Made by a program: the position numbers and the translations under genes
The notes under the pieces: generated by a model
The model's input: only the letters and a program-made list of their open reading frames with translations
What the model was told of the DNA's origin: nothing
The model's database searches: none
Source of the DNA: an uncultured Chitinophagaceae bacterium
Lineage (GTDB): Bacteria > Bacteroidota > Bacteroidia > Chitinophagales > Chitinophagaceae
Direction of reading: 5' to 3'
Assembly (NCBI GenBank): GCA_963708205.1
Contig: OY970196.1
Span: forward strand, 2,388,242 to 2,452,241
Length of the DNA: 64,000 nt
In this document: piece by piece, positions 8,714 to 18,645 of the stretch
How the letters are laid out: each line of letters opens with the position of its first letter
Position numbering within the stretch: position 1 is the stretch's first letter

Positions 8714-9184
8714 CAACAACCCTTCCATCACTGAAACAATGATCGGACAAAAGGTTGAATTCTTTAAAGTTAGCTGTTGTCTTTTCAAAATAACATCTTC
8801 ATTGGTGTAAGGAAAGCGCACGCAGTCGGAAGGTCTTACTTCATAAATGCTGCAAAAGTTATCTGCGCCAAGAAACGCGCAGGGCTTGGTTTTTACCACA
8901 TAATCTCCATCACTGTCCAGGTTTAAATAAGTTTCAATGAAATCACTTTCTTTCATTTTCAAATGCCTGCTGATGCGTTTAATATCAGGTGTTTTAAAAC
9001 GGGGTGAATAATTCTTGCAACAGTTGGCGCATTGCAAACAATCAATTTTTTCAAAGGCTTTTTCATGCAGTTCAGGCAATTGTTTCAGCACTTTATTTTT
9101 ATCTGCACGATGCAAAAATATCTTGTATTGCTTCTGGTGTTCTTTGGAATTTTTTTGCCAGTTGTTTAAATTTATTTCTGCCAT
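8702..9184 (-). CDS. YkgJ-family cysteine-cluster protein (UPF0153 / CxxCxxCC)
   Basis: CLQCANCCKN plus later Cys residues (KPCAFL, FCSIY..RPSDC) match the putative Fe-S/zinc cluster family. The track start is TTG 9196; the ATG is at 9184. Confidence 0.75.
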   Translation of the reverse strand: MAEINLNNWQKNSKEHQKQYKIFLHRADKNKVLKQLPELHEKAFEKIDCLQCANCCKNYSPRFKTPDIKRISRHLKMKESDFIETYLNLDSDGDYVVKTKPCAFLGADNFCSIYEVRPSDCVRFPYTNEDVILKRQQLTLKNSTFCPIIVSVMEGLLNNG

Positions 9185-9254
9185 TAGGGAAGTCAAAAGT
9201 TAAAATTCAAAAGTAAAAAAGAACATTCATCTATTTTTGCATTTTTAAAACAGT

Positions 9255-10178
9255 ATGATGGATTCTTTGCGTGAGCAATGGCTGATACTTATTTCCACGC
9301 CAATTTATTTTATAATTATTGGTATTGAAATTTTGCTCACGCACCTGCATCAAACCAAATCTTATAATATAAAAGATACTGCGGCAAATGTTTACCTTAT
9401 GCTGCTGAATGCCTTGCTGGATCTTGGTTTCCGCATAGTTTATCTTGTTATTCTGCAATACTTTTTTCTGCATGCAGTCTATCATTTTCAAAATGCTTTT
9501 GCGTACTGGATCATTCTTTTGCTTGCTGAAGATTTTCTGTATTATTGGCTTCATCGCTTCGATCATTCAGTTCGTTTTTTTTGGGCAGTGCATGTTACGC
9601 ATCACAGTTCTGAAAAATTAAATTTCACAACGGGTTTTCGGTCTTCAGTGTTTCAGCCATTGTATCGTTTCATTTATTTTATTCCGCTTGCGTGGGTTGG
9701 TTTTCGCCCGATAGATATTGTATTTATTTATGCTGTTACGCAAATTTGGGGCATATTCGTTCACACAGAATTCATAAAAAAGATGGGATGGCTCGAATAC
9801 ATTTTAGTCACACCTTCGCACCATCGCGTGCATCATGCGAGCAATCCAAAATATCTTGATCAGAACATGGGAATGTTTTTAATAATCTGGGATAAAATGT
9901 TCGGAACATTTCAACCCGAATTACCCGTTGAAAATTATCAGCCTATAAAATATGGATTAACAAAATCCCTCGCAAATCCAAACGCAGCCAGCATTGTGTT
10001 TCATGAATGGACACAAATAAGTAAAGATATTTCACGAAAAAATCTTTCTTTCAAACAAAAGCTTTTATACATTTTCGGCGCTCCGGGCTGGAGTCATGAT
10101 GGAAGCAGAATCACAAGTAAACAAATGCGTGAAAAGGAAAATGGCATAGCTTTTTTGGAAACATCGAATATTTCCTAG
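9255..10178 (+). CDS. Sterol desaturase / fatty acid hydroxylase superfamily membrane protein
   Basis: His boxes HRFDH, HVTHHSS and HHRVHH, with multiple TM segments. Confidence 0.8.
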   Translation: MMDSLREQWLILISTPIYFIIIGIEILLTHLHQTKSYNIKDTAANVYLMLLNALLDLGFRIVYLVILQYFFLHAVYHFQNAFAYWIILLLAEDFLYYWLHRFDHSVRFFWAVHVTHHSSEKLNFTTGFRSSVFQPLYRFIYFIPLAWVGFRPIDIVFIYAVTQIWGIFVHTEFIKKMGWLEYILVTPSHHRVHHASNPKYLDQNMGMFLIIWDKMFGTFQPELPVENYQPIKYGLTKSLANPNAASIVFHEWTQISKDISRKNLSFKQKLLYIFGAPGWSHDGSRITSKQMREKENGIAFLETSNIS

Positions 10179-10184
10179 AGCATT

Positions 10185-10877
10185 TTATTGAGTAGTCATT
10201 AGTTTTTCTAAAGCTTCGTAGGGTTTATATCCAACTGAGATAATTGGTTTTTTATCAGGCTGATGTATCACAAGTGCAGGAAAACGATTTATTCTTCTAT
10301 ACTGCACTTCCTGCAAATCTTTTTTAAAAGCATCCATTCCTTTTTCATTTATTAAATCTTCTTTAAACTGCTTGACATTTATTAAGCCAACTGTATCGGC
10401 AAGTTGCTCTGCAATATTTATTAATGCATTTTCCTTTGCGATATTTATACCCTTCATCATCACTGCCTCTCTGCATAATTGCAAATACATTTCCCCTGCT
10501 TGAAAAGATTGTAACTCTGCGCATTTTACTGCGATGCAGGCAGGGTAAGAAGATGCAGGTGGATCTTCCATCCATATTCTGTCATAAATCTCTTTTCCGG
10601 AAAGATGTGCTGCCTGCATCCACACAGGCCCCATCTGCAATGGCCTTGTTACAGAAAGTAATTCATCATGATAATTTTTCCAGTCAGGAATCAATCCTGC
10701 CATGCAATATCTGTATACAATATTTGGTTGGAAATTATGAAGAAGCATTTGCCATTCCGATTCAAAAACCCAACACCAGCAACAAAGCGGATCAGTATAA
10801 TAAGTTATAGATACACCTTGTGCTGCTGTTGGTTCTTTATCAGATATTGTTTTTTCCTTGCTTTTTGTTGCGTACAC
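10185..10877 (-). CDS. DsbA-family thioredoxin-fold protein
   Basis: ITYYTDPLCCWCW active-site region and a DsbA-like length. GTG start. It begins 15 nt downstream of the catalase gene on the same strand. Confidence 0.7.
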   Translation of the reverse strand: MYATKSKEKTISDKEPTAAQGVSITYYTDPLCCWCWVFESEWQMLLHNFQPNIVYRYCMAGLIPDWKNYHDELLSVTRPLQMGPVWMQAAHLSGKEIYDRIWMEDPPASSYPACIAVKCAELQSFQAGEMYLQLCREAVMMKGINIAKENALINIAEQLADTVGLINVKQFKEDLINEKGMDAFKKDLQEVQYRRINRFPALVIHQPDKKPIISVGYKPYEALEKLMTTQ

Positions 10878-10892
10878 TATTTAGATTCTTAT

Positions 10893-11882
10893 TTAAGCTT
10901 CTTCATTTTCCATTTCATCTTCTTCAATTTCCTGATCTTCTTGCGGTAACGGGCTGCTCCATTGCTGCTCTCCAATAGGAGACGCCGCATTTATTTCTTT
11001 GCTTTTTTGCTTGCTCAATTCTTTCTCAAGCTTTTGGGCAGCTTCCATTTTATTTTCAGTTCCGTTAGTTTTTTGCTGCAGTAATCCGTTCGTTTGCATT
11101 ACATATTTTACAGGATCTTCAATGTATTCAATTGTTTCTTTCGTTACGGTAGTTTTACCTTCATTCCATGGACCTTTGCTGTCATTTCCGCTTGACATAT
11201 TGAAATATAAATTGCTATAACGCGGATCAGCCTGCAAAATGCCCGGAGGGAAATTTGGTTCAATTGTTCCTAATGCTGCTTCAAACATTTGATAGTGTGC
11301 TACTTCTCTTGTCATTAAAAAGCGCAAGGTTTCTTTTACATAAGGATCGTCTGTGAATTGCAACAAATATTCATATACCATTTTTGCTCTTGTTTCCGCA
11401 GCAATATCTGAGCGCAGGTCTGAAGTTAAATCTCCCTGACCATCACCATTTATATAAGCTGCAGTCCAAGGTACGCCCTGGCTGTTTGTATAACAGGGAC
11501 CGCCGCCACTGCCAACAAAAAACTGCGGAGCCGTCATGCCCTGTTGTATCATTGCTTCTTTAGCTGATTTACCATTAAGCAGTTGCATGATCTCTGCATT
11601 TTCTGCGGCATTTTTTAAATCCCCATTGATACCTGTCAATAACATTTGAATGGTGGCACCAACAATTTCCAGGTGGCTGAATTCTTCTGTAGCAATATCC
11701 ATTAAAAGATCATATTTATCAGGATAAGGATTTTTTGCGCCAAATGCCTGTGCGAAATAACGGAGCGCTGCAGCTAATTCGCCATTAGCTCCGCCAAATT
11801 GTTCTAATAATAAAGTGGCAAATGCCGGATCAGGTCTTGATACTCTTGCATTGAATTGTAATTCTTTTACGTGATAAAACAT
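10893..11882 (-). CDS. Manganese catalase family protein with an acidic C-terminal tail
   Basis: MFYHVKELQF...LLEQFGGANGELAAALRYF and the ATEEFSHLE di-metal motif. The tail is ...QEDQEIEEDEMENEEA. Confidence 0.9.
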   Translation of the reverse strand: MFYHVKELQFNARVSRPDPAFATLLLEQFGGANGELAAALRYFAQAFGAKNPYPDKYDLLMDIATEEFSHLEIVGATIQMLLTGINGDLKNAAENAEIMQLLNGKSAKEAMIQQGMTAPQFFVGSGGGPCYTNSQGVPWTAAYINGDGQGDLTSDLRSDIAAETRAKMVYEYLLQFTDDPYVKETLRFLMTREVAHYQMFEAALGTIEPNFPPGILQADPRYSNLYFNMSSGNDSKGPWNEGKTTVTKETIEYIEDPVKYVMQTNGLLQQKTNGTENKMEAAQKLEKELSKQKSKEINAASPIGEQQWSSPLPQEDQEIEEDEMENEEA

Positions 11883-12147
11883 AGATTAGGTTTTGAGTGT
11901 TGAAGATGTTTATATAGATAAATACAAAAGCTGTGCAAGAAAAACTCAAAGGCAAATAAGAAAGTAATACATGAATAAGCTACAACTATACTAACTCTTG
12001 TAGAATTGTTTGTACTTAAATTAGGAATATATGGATTTGCAAGCGAGTTATCAATTCCAAAACATGGTTATATCAGTTTTATCAAAAGCGATATTCAAAA
12101 AAATTGCTTTATAAAAGAATACACAGCGGCTATTCTCTTTTCGATTG

Positions 12148-12155
12148 TAGCTTTG
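12148..12155 (+). promoter_or_regulatory. Candidate Bacteroidota -7 promoter box for gcvP
   Basis: TAGCTTTG matches the TAnnTTTG consensus and lies 29 nt upstream of the gcvP ATG. No clear -33 element seen. Confidence 0.35.
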
Positions 12156-12183
12156 CATCCTATAAATAAAAAAATTGGCAGAA

Positions 12184-15096
12184 ATGAATTTATTTGAAGA
12201 GCAGTCGCACGAATTTCATTATCGTCATATTGGTCCAAACGCCGCAGAGACAAAGCAAATGCTTGAAGTGATCGGTGAAAATTCTCTTGAAAGTTTGATT
12301 GATAAAACCATTCCGAAAGGCATTCGTTTAAAAGATGAATTAAATCTTCCCGAAGCAATCAGCGAGCAGGAATATTTAACCGAAATAAAAAAAATTGCTT
12401 CAAAGAACAAGCTGTATAAAAATTATATTGGTCAGGGATATTACGGAACAATTACGCCAAGCGTTATACTTCGCAATGTTTTTCAAAATCCGGGCTGGTA
12501 CACGCAATACACGCCGTACCAGGCAGAAATTTCTCAGGGACGTTTGGAAAGTTTACTCAATTTTCAAACTGTTGTAAGTGATTTAACAGGACTTGAATTA
12601 ACGAATGCATCCTTACTTGATGAAGCAACAGCCGCCGCAGAAGCAATGGCAATGTTGTTTCATTATGTAAATAAATCTGATGCAATAAAAAATAAATTCT
12701 TTGTTGATGAAAAAGTTTTTGCTCAAACAAAAGATGTGCTGCACACGCGTGCCACACCGATAAACATTGAGATCGTTGAAGGTGATTATCAAACTGCTTC
12801 AATTGATGAAAGTTATTTCGGAGCGATCGTTCAATATCCAAATGCGAATGGTTCGATAGAAGATTATAAAAGTTTCATTGATACAATTCATGCTGCAAAA
12901 GCTTATGTTGTTATGGCAACAGACTTGCTTGCATTAACTTTAATTGCATCACCTGCAAGTCTGGGTGCAGACGTTGCAATTGGCTCTGCGCAAAGGTTTG
13001 GCGTGCCTTTGGGTTACGGCGGACCGCATGCAGCTTTCTTTGCAACGCATGATGAATTCAAAAGAAATATTCCCGGAAGAATTATCGGTGTGAGTGTTGA
13101 TGCGCAAAATAACCGTGCACTTCGCATGGCTTTGCAAACGCGCGAGCAGCACATTAAAAGGGAAAAGGCTACTTCAAATATTTGTACAGCGCAGGCTTTG
13201 CTTGCAAACATGGCCGCGATGTACGCAGTTTTTCATGGACCGGAAGGATTGAAAAAAATTGCTTTGCGTGTGCATCATTTTGCAAATGCAGTTTCAAAAG
13301 CTTTGAATAAAGTTGGAGTTAAAACAAGCAACAAATATTTTTTCGATACCCTCACTTTTGAAATTGCTGATGTGAATACTTTCAAAAAAATTGCAGAAGA
13401 AAATGAAGCAAACTTTAATTATCATGCTGATGGAAAAATAAGCTTGTCAATTGATGAAGCCTTGGTTGCTGACTGGAAAGAGACTGCAAAAAATCTTCAA
13501 AGAATTTTTTCAAAAGCAACAAACAAAGAAGTCGTTTTATTTTTTGATGAAGCTGAGGCATTGTTTACAAAAAGAAATGAAGTACACGATTCACATGATA
13601 AATATTTAACGCATCCTGTTTTCAACACACATCATTCAGAATCTGAAATGATGCGTTATATAAAATCTTTGGAGAACAAGGATCTGTCGTTAACCATTTC
13701 AATGATCGCACTTGGAAGCTGCACTATGAAGCTGAATGCAGCAAGTGAAATGATTCCTGTAAGTTTTCCTGAGTTTGCAAATCTTCATCCCTTCGTGCCA
13801 AAAGATCAGGCAGAAGGTTATATTCAAATCATAAATGAACTTTCAGGTTATCTCAATGTCATCACAGGTTTTGACGCATGCAGTCTGCAGCCAAACAGCG
13901 GCGCGCAGGGAGAATATGCAGGCTTGCTAACCATCATGTCTTATCACAAAGCAAACAACAATGCACATCGGAATGTAGTGCTGATACCGATCTCAGCGCA
14001 CGGCACTAATCCTGCAAGTGCGGTGATGGCGGGAATGAAAGTGGTGGTTGTAAAGAGCGATGATGAAGGACATATTGATGTTGATGATCTGAAATTAAAG
14101 GCAGAAGAATACAAAGATTTACTCGGCGCATTGATGGTTACTTATCCTTCGACGCATGGTGTGTTCGAAGAAAGCATCAAAGAAATTTGCGAAATAATTC
14201 ATTCGCATGGCGGACAAGTTTATATGGATGGCGCGAACATGAATGCACAGGTTGGTCTTACTTCACCTGCAACGATCGGCGCAGATGTTTGTCATTTGAA
14301 TTTACATAAAACCTTTGCTATTCCACATGGCGGCGGTGGTCCGGGCATGGGACCGATTTGTGTAAAGAAACATTTAGAAAAGCATTTACCAAAGCATTTT
14401 GAAATTAGAAATAAGGAATCAGAAATTAACAATGGTGCTGTCAGCGCGGCTGAATTTGGTTCTGCTTCAATTCTTCTCATCAGTTATGCATACATAAAAA
14501 TGCTGGGAAAAAATGGAGTGAAAAAAGCAACTGAATACGCAATTCTGAATGCGAATTATATGAAAGCAAGACTGGAAAATTTTTATAAAATATTATTTAC
14601 AGGAGAGAATGGAACCTGTGCACATGAATTCATTGTTGATCTTCGTCCATTTAAACCAACAACAGGCGTTGAAGCGGAAGATGTGGCTAAAAGGCTTATG
14701 GATTATGGGTTTCACGCACCAACGATGAGTTTTCCTGTTCCCGGAACAATCATGATCGAGCCAACAGAAAGCGAAGATAAAGCGGAGCTTGACCGGTTTT
14801 GCGATGCAATGATTTCTATCTATGAAGAAATAAAAGCCATCGAAAACGGCAGTGGAGATAAAACAGATAATGCTTTGAAAAATGCTCCGCACACACAGGC
14901 TGTTGTTTGTGCTGATGAATGGAATCACAATTATTCAAGAAAAGAAGCTGCGTTTCCCTTGTATTACCTTTCTCAAAATAAATTCTGGCCAAGTGTTTCA
15001 AGAATAAACAATACGTACGGCGATAGAAATTTAGTTTGCACTTGTGAGCCTGTTGAAAACTATTTAGTTGAAAATCAGCAAAAATTAATGGCATAG
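12184..15096 (+). CDS. gcvP: Glycine dehydrogenase (decarboxylating), glycine cleavage system P protein
   Basis: ~970 aa. Contains GWYTQYTPYQAEISQGRLE, REQHIKREKATSNICTAQ and the PLP-lysine motif HLNLHKTFAIPHGGGGPG. The track start is TTG 12175; the ATG is at 12184. Confidence 0.97.
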   Translation: MNLFEEQSHEFHYRHIGPNAAETKQMLEVIGENSLESLIDKTIPKGIRLKDELNLPEAISEQEYLTEIKKIASKNKLYKNYIGQGYYGTITPSVILRNVFQNPGWYTQYTPYQAEISQGRLESLLNFQTVVSDLTGLELTNASLLDEATAAAEAMAMLFHYVNKSDAIKNKFFVDEKVFAQTKDVLHTRATPINIEIVEGDYQTASIDESYFGAIVQYPNANGSIEDYKSFIDTIHAAKAYVVMATDLLALTLIASPASLGADVAIGSAQRFGVPLGYGGPHAAFFATHDEFKRNIPGRIIGVSVDAQNNRALRMALQTREQHIKREKATSNICTAQALLANMAAMYAVFHGPEGLKKIALRVHHFANAVSKALNKVGVKTSNKYFFDTLTFEIADVNTFKKIAEENEANFNYHADGKISLSIDEALVADWKETAKNLQRIFSKATNKEVVLFFDEAEALFTKRNEVHDSHDKYLTHPVFNTHHSESEMMRYIKSLENKDLSLTISMIALGSCTMKLNAASEMIPVSFPEFANLHPFVPKDQAEGYIQIINELSGYLNVITGFDACSLQPNSGAQGEYAGLLTIMSYHKANNNAHRNVVLIPISAHGTNPASAVMAGMKVVVVKSDDEGHIDVDDLKLKAEEYKDLLGALMVTYPSTHGVFEESIKEICEIIHSHGGQVYMDGANMNAQVGLTSPATIGADVCHLNLHKTFAIPHGGGGPGMGPICVKKHLEKHLPKHFEIRNKESEINNGAVSAAEFGSASILLISYAYIKMLGKNGVKKATEYAILNANYMKARLENFYKILFTGENGTCAHEFIVDLRPFKPTTGVEAEDVAKRLMDYGFHAPTMSFPVPGTIMIEPTESEDKAELDRFCDAMISIYEEIKAIENGSGDKTDNALKNAPHTQAVVCADEWNHNYSRKEAAFPLYYLSQNKFWPSVSRINNTYGDRNLVCTCEPVENYLVENQQKLMA

Positions 15097-15126
15097 CTTT
15101 TTCATCATTTCATTAAAATAAATTTT

Positions 15127-15588
15127 ATGAATCCAACACATGATGATAACATACTTGCAGAGAAATTCGCACAGCAGGATTTACCTGATTCGAATCATGA
15201 CAAGGAATTACTGAAAGGTGATGAAGCAACAATTGATCTGCCTGATGTTGCAGACATTCCGGGTCAGGAAAATATTCATGTTCCTAAAATGAATGAATAT
15301 GCTGATACGACAGCAGCTTCAGACGATGAAGAAGGAAAAAATATTTTTGGTGATGAAGATGAAAATGATGACAGCAATGTGTCTGATGAAGAAAGAAAAT
15401 TATTGGATGAAAGCGCTAATCAAACACCTAATGATGAAGAAGCTGAAGATGTAAAGAATGCGGCGCTGGATGATATGGATAATGATGGAGAATTGCTTGA
15501 AGAAAAAGGTTTGGAAGATGATGAGTTTGGCGAAGACCTTGATTTGCCTGAAAATGAAGAAACTACCGAAGAGGAATCAGCAGTATAA
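15127..15588 (+). CDS. Highly acidic, low-complexity hypothetical protein (153 aa)
   Basis: About one third of residues are D/E by my count. No hydrophobic core segments and no recognised family. Confidence 0.5.
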   Translation: MNPTHDDNILAEKFAQQDLPDSNHDKELLKGDEATIDLPDVADIPGQENIHVPKMNEYADTTAASDDEEGKNIFGDEDENDDSNVSDEERKLLDESANQTPNDEEAEDVKNAALDDMDNDGELLEEKGLEDDEFGEDLDLPENEETTEEESAV

Positions 15589-15617
15589 TTTGTAGAAAAA
15601 AATAAGCATTGATAAAC

Positions 15618-15649
15618 AAAAAAGGACACATTTACATGCGTCCTTTTTT
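15618..15649. terminator. Bidirectional intrinsic terminator between convergent genes
   Basis: aaaaaaggac-acatttacatgc-gtcctttttt: a G/C-containing stem flanked by an A-run and a T-run. Confidence 0.7.
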
Positions 15650-15667
15650 AATAGTCATTTATGCTTA

Positions 15668-16306
15668 TTAATATTTAGTAGATTTCTTTATTGCCTCAAT
15701 TGAATCCAAATGCATCTGTAACGTTGGTAAAGTAGTAGAAGCGAAATTTTTAATGTCCGGATCTTTGCCATTCTGCGCTTCTTTTTGGAAGTCTTTGATA
15801 TCTTTTTTATGGTCATCCACCATCATATCAATATAAGCTTTATCAAAATCTTTTCCTGTTTTCTTAGATAGCTTATCATAGTCTTTTTGTGCATCATTAC
15901 TTATAGTTGCAGGTAACGTAACGTTTTTAGAAGCGGCTAAGCTTTTTAATTTATTATTGGCATCGGAATGATCTTTAACCATCATTGCGCCAAAATCTTT
16001 TACTCGTTGGTTCATTGCATTTTGGGATGCTAATTGTCCCATTTGCACTTCTTCCATTCCTCCATTTGCTGCATTTACTGCAAAATCAGCATCATCCTTA
16101 TCAACAGGCGTAGTAGAGGCCGGTGTTGTGGTCGCTGTCGTTGAAGAAGAAGAATCTGTTGTAGAATTAGTGGATGAACTATCCATTTTTTGAGAATTCG
16201 CATCTTTTGCGCTGTCAACACTGTCTTTATTATTATTCCCATTGTTGCAGGCATTAAAAACAATCGCGGATAATATAATACATGAACTAATTAAAATCTT
16301 TTTCAT
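15668..16306 (-). CDS. DUF4142 domain lipoprotein
   Basis: Signal/lipobox ILSAIVFNAC, an S/T-rich linker, then DADFAVNAANGGMEEVQMGQLA...MVKDHSDANNKL...MVDDHKKDIKDF, typical of DUF4142. Confidence 0.8.
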   Translation of the reverse strand: MKKILISSCIILSAIVFNACNNGNNNKDSVDSAKDANSQKMDSSSTNSTTDSSSSTTATTTPASTTPVDKDDADFAVNAANGGMEEVQMGQLASQNAMNQRVKDFGAMMVKDHSDANNKLKSLAASKNVTLPATISNDAQKDYDKLSKKTGKDFDKAYIDMMVDDHKKDIKDFQKEAQNGKDPDIKNFASTTLPTLQMHLDSIEAIKKSTKY

Positions 16307-16388
16307 AATATGCTTTTTAGGTTTTTTTAATAATATCTAATTGACAAACTTTGCGCCAAGATTTTTTAGCTTAAAATAAATTTTTTTG

Positions 16389-17108
16389 ATGACAAAATTA
16401 TCAGTGAACATAAACAAATTTGCAACACTTAGAAACAGCCGTGGAGGCAATAATCCTGATGTAATTAAGGCTGCTGTTGATGCCCAGCAATTTGGTGCAG
16501 ATGGCATTACAGTGCATCCAAGACCTGATGAAAGACACATTCGGTATGATGATGTGCGTGAAATAAAAAAGATTATCACCACAGAATTTAATATTGAAGG
16601 AAACTGCACAGAAAATAAATTTGTTGATCTTGTTCTGGAAGTAAAACCAACGCAGGTAACACTTGTGCCCGATGCTTTGGATCAGTTAACAAGTAATCAT
16701 GGATGGGATACTGTGAAAAATAAAAATTATTTAAGGAATATTATCACGGTTTTCAAAAAAGAAAACATACGTGTATCGCTTTTTGTTGATGCTGATATAA
16801 GAATGATTGAGGCTGCGGCTGATGCAGGCACTGACCGCATAGAATTATATACAGAAGCCTATGCAAAAGGTTTTTTTGCAGATAAAAAAAAATCTATAGA
16901 AGCTTATGTGATAGCTGCAAAACGTGCACAGGCATTGCATCTTGGAATTAATGCAGGTCACGATCTTGACTTACATAATCTAAAATTCTTCAAACAAAAT
17001 ATTTCTTTTCTTGATGAAGTTTCAATTGGTCATGCACTTATTTGTGATGCTATTTATTTAGGATTTCAAAATACTATACAGATGTATAAAAGGCAATTGA
17101 AAGAATAA
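16389..17108 (+). CDS. pdxJ: Pyridoxine 5'-phosphate synthase
   Basis: KLSVNINKFATLRNSRGG...GITVHPRPDERHI...GHDL are PdxJ motifs. Confidence 0.93.
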   Translation: MTKLSVNINKFATLRNSRGGNNPDVIKAAVDAQQFGADGITVHPRPDERHIRYDDVREIKKIITTEFNIEGNCTENKFVDLVLEVKPTQVTLVPDALDQLTSNHGWDTVKNKNYLRNIITVFKKENIRVSLFVDADIRMIEAAADAGTDRIELYTEAYAKGFFADKKKSIEAYVIAAKRAQALHLGINAGHDLDLHNLKFFKQNISFLDEVSIGHALICDAIYLGFQNTIQMYKRQLKE

Positions 17109-17187
17109 TTTCAGTTTAAAATTCTTGAATAATCCCTGTCTTAGCTACAGCTTATCTTTGCAGCGTTTATTTTTCAAACTAAATAAA

Positions 17188-17706
17188 ATGATGACAAGAA
17201 AGGCAAACGAAAGTTTTATTGTAATGAATGAACTGGTACTTCCGAACGATACCAATACTTTCGGCAATTTGATGGGAGGAAGATTAATGTATTGGATGGA
17301 TATTGCCGCCGGAATCAGTGCTGTCAAGCATTCTAATGCGCCATGTATGACGGCAAGCGTTGACAATATCAGTTTCAAAAATCCTATAAAGCTTGGAAAT
17401 ATTGTTCATATTGAAGCAAAAGTTACGCGTGCTTTTAATACTTCAATGGAAGTGTTTTTGAAAGTTTGGGGGGAGGATTCTATCCATCAATATAAATACG
17501 AAAGCAATGAAGCGTACTTCACTTTTGTGGCGCTTGACCCAAATGGCAAGCCCAGAAAAGTGCCGGCATTAATTGCCGAAAGTGATGAAGAAAAAGCTTT
17601 GTTTGATGGGGCTTTACGTAGAAGGCAAGTGCGTTTAATACTCGGTGGAAAGATGAAACCCGACGATGCGAATGAATTGAAGGCTTTGTTTTATCCGAAT
17701 TTATAA
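17188..17706 (+). CDS. Acyl-CoA thioesterase (hotdog fold)
   Basis: MNELVLPNDTNTFGNLMGGRLMYWMDIAA...SVDNISFKNPI matches the acyl-CoA hydrolase family. I prefer the start at ATG 17188 over track start 17125. Confidence 0.85.
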   Translation: MMTRKANESFIVMNELVLPNDTNTFGNLMGGRLMYWMDIAAGISAVKHSNAPCMTASVDNISFKNPIKLGNIVHIEAKVTRAFNTSMEVFLKVWGEDSIHQYKYESNEAYFTFVALDPNGKPRKVPALIAESDEEKALFDGALRRRQVRLILGGKMKPDDANELKALFYPNL

Positions 17707-17817
17707 AGAACATCCAGCAACAAGAAGTTTTTAAAATTTAAACGTTAACTAACTGTTGTAATAAAAATGCCTGTATGCAGTTTTTATTTTCAGGCATCTT
17801 ATAAATAAATCAACATC

Positions 17818-18537
17818 ATGAAAAAAATATTTGTCACTTTATTAACTGCAACAATATTTATTTCGGCAAATGCACAATCAAACATGCCGGTACAAAAAAC
17901 GATCACTGTTAACGGACATTCAGAAATTGAAGTAACTCCTGATGAAATATATGTTCAAATAGAATTGCGTGAATACACAAAAAAGAATGGCGACAAAATT
18001 GACATCGAATCAATTAAAAATAATTTTCTTGCTGCCTGCAAAAACCTTGGGCTTGCAGACACGGATGTTGTGGTAGAAAGTTATTCAGGTTGGGATGGAA
18101 ATTATTGGTGGTATCAGCAGAACAAAAAAAAGAATCCTGATATGAAAGCGGGAATAACTTATTGGGTAAAAGTTGCGACGACAGCAGAAATGGATCAGTT
18201 AGTTAATAAAATGGATGATGAAGCAACGCAAAATTTTTTCATTGCAAAAACTGATTACAGCAAGATGAATGAAATGGCAAAAGAAATGAAGGTTGAAGCA
18301 ATAAAAAATGCAAAAGAAAAAGCAACATATCTCGCAAACGCAGCAGGAGCACAGCTTGGCGACGTTATCACTATTAATGAACCAATATCGCAGGATGAAA
18401 ACCCACAGCCGAGACCAATGATGTATAATAATATGGCTAAAATTGCAAATGCAGATGATCAGACTCCTGCAATGAGTGTTGATTTTAAAAAAATAAAAAT
18501 TGAGTTTGAAGCAAGTATTGTTTTTGCTTTAAAATGA
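17818..18537 (+). CDS. SIMPL/DUF541 domain secreted protein
   Basis: Signal peptide, then ITVNGHSEIEVTPDEIYVQIEL and the C-terminal pattern of DUF541. Confidence 0.75.
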   Translation: MKKIFVTLLTATIFISANAQSNMPVQKTITVNGHSEIEVTPDEIYVQIELREYTKKNGDKIDIESIKNNFLAACKNLGLADTDVVVESYSGWDGNYWWYQQNKKKNPDMKAGITYWVKVATTAEMDQLVNKMDDEATQNFFIAKTDYSKMNEMAKEMKVEAIKNAKEKATYLANAAGAQLGDVITINEPISQDENPQPRPMMYNNMAKIANADDQTPAMSVDFKKIKIEFEASIVFALK

Positions 18538-18645
18538 TATTGAAGATTTAAAAACTGGAGACTTGAAGATGAAAGAAACTTATAAATTTTAATCAATACC
18601 AATTATCAAATCTTCAATTTTTCAAATTGCCCTACCTTCGCGGCG

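Noticed and set aside
11883-12183. I looked for a glycine riboswitch upstream of gcvP.
   Set aside because: I saw no GGAGAG/CACCG-type conserved cores or tandem aptamer architecture. The region is AT-rich, with a candidate promoter only 29 nt from the ATG.
13531-13605. Inside gcvP the peptide VVLFFDEAEALFTKRNEVHDSHDKY resembles the Walker-B/sensor stretch (..LFFDEADALFGKR.EV.D.HDRY..) that I remember from a family of AAA+ ATPases. This raised the suspicion of a chimeric insertion.
   Set aside because: It occupies the normally variable linker just before the conserved LTHPVFN..HSE motif. The linker length is about what I recall for other Bacteroidota GcvP proteins. No Walker A or other AAA+ elements flank it, and the frame and both halves of GcvP are intact. 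It is most likely chance similarity; a BLASTP of the 25-mer would settle it.
18538-18618. The 11-bp inverted repeat attgaagattt / aaatcttcaat spans a 58-nt loop between the SIMPL gene and ltaE. It has TTGA-rich content reminiscent of the heptad element.
   Set aside because: The periodicity is not in phase, similarity to the 8610/41268 element needs indels, and the loop is long. This is too weak to call a family member or a terminator.
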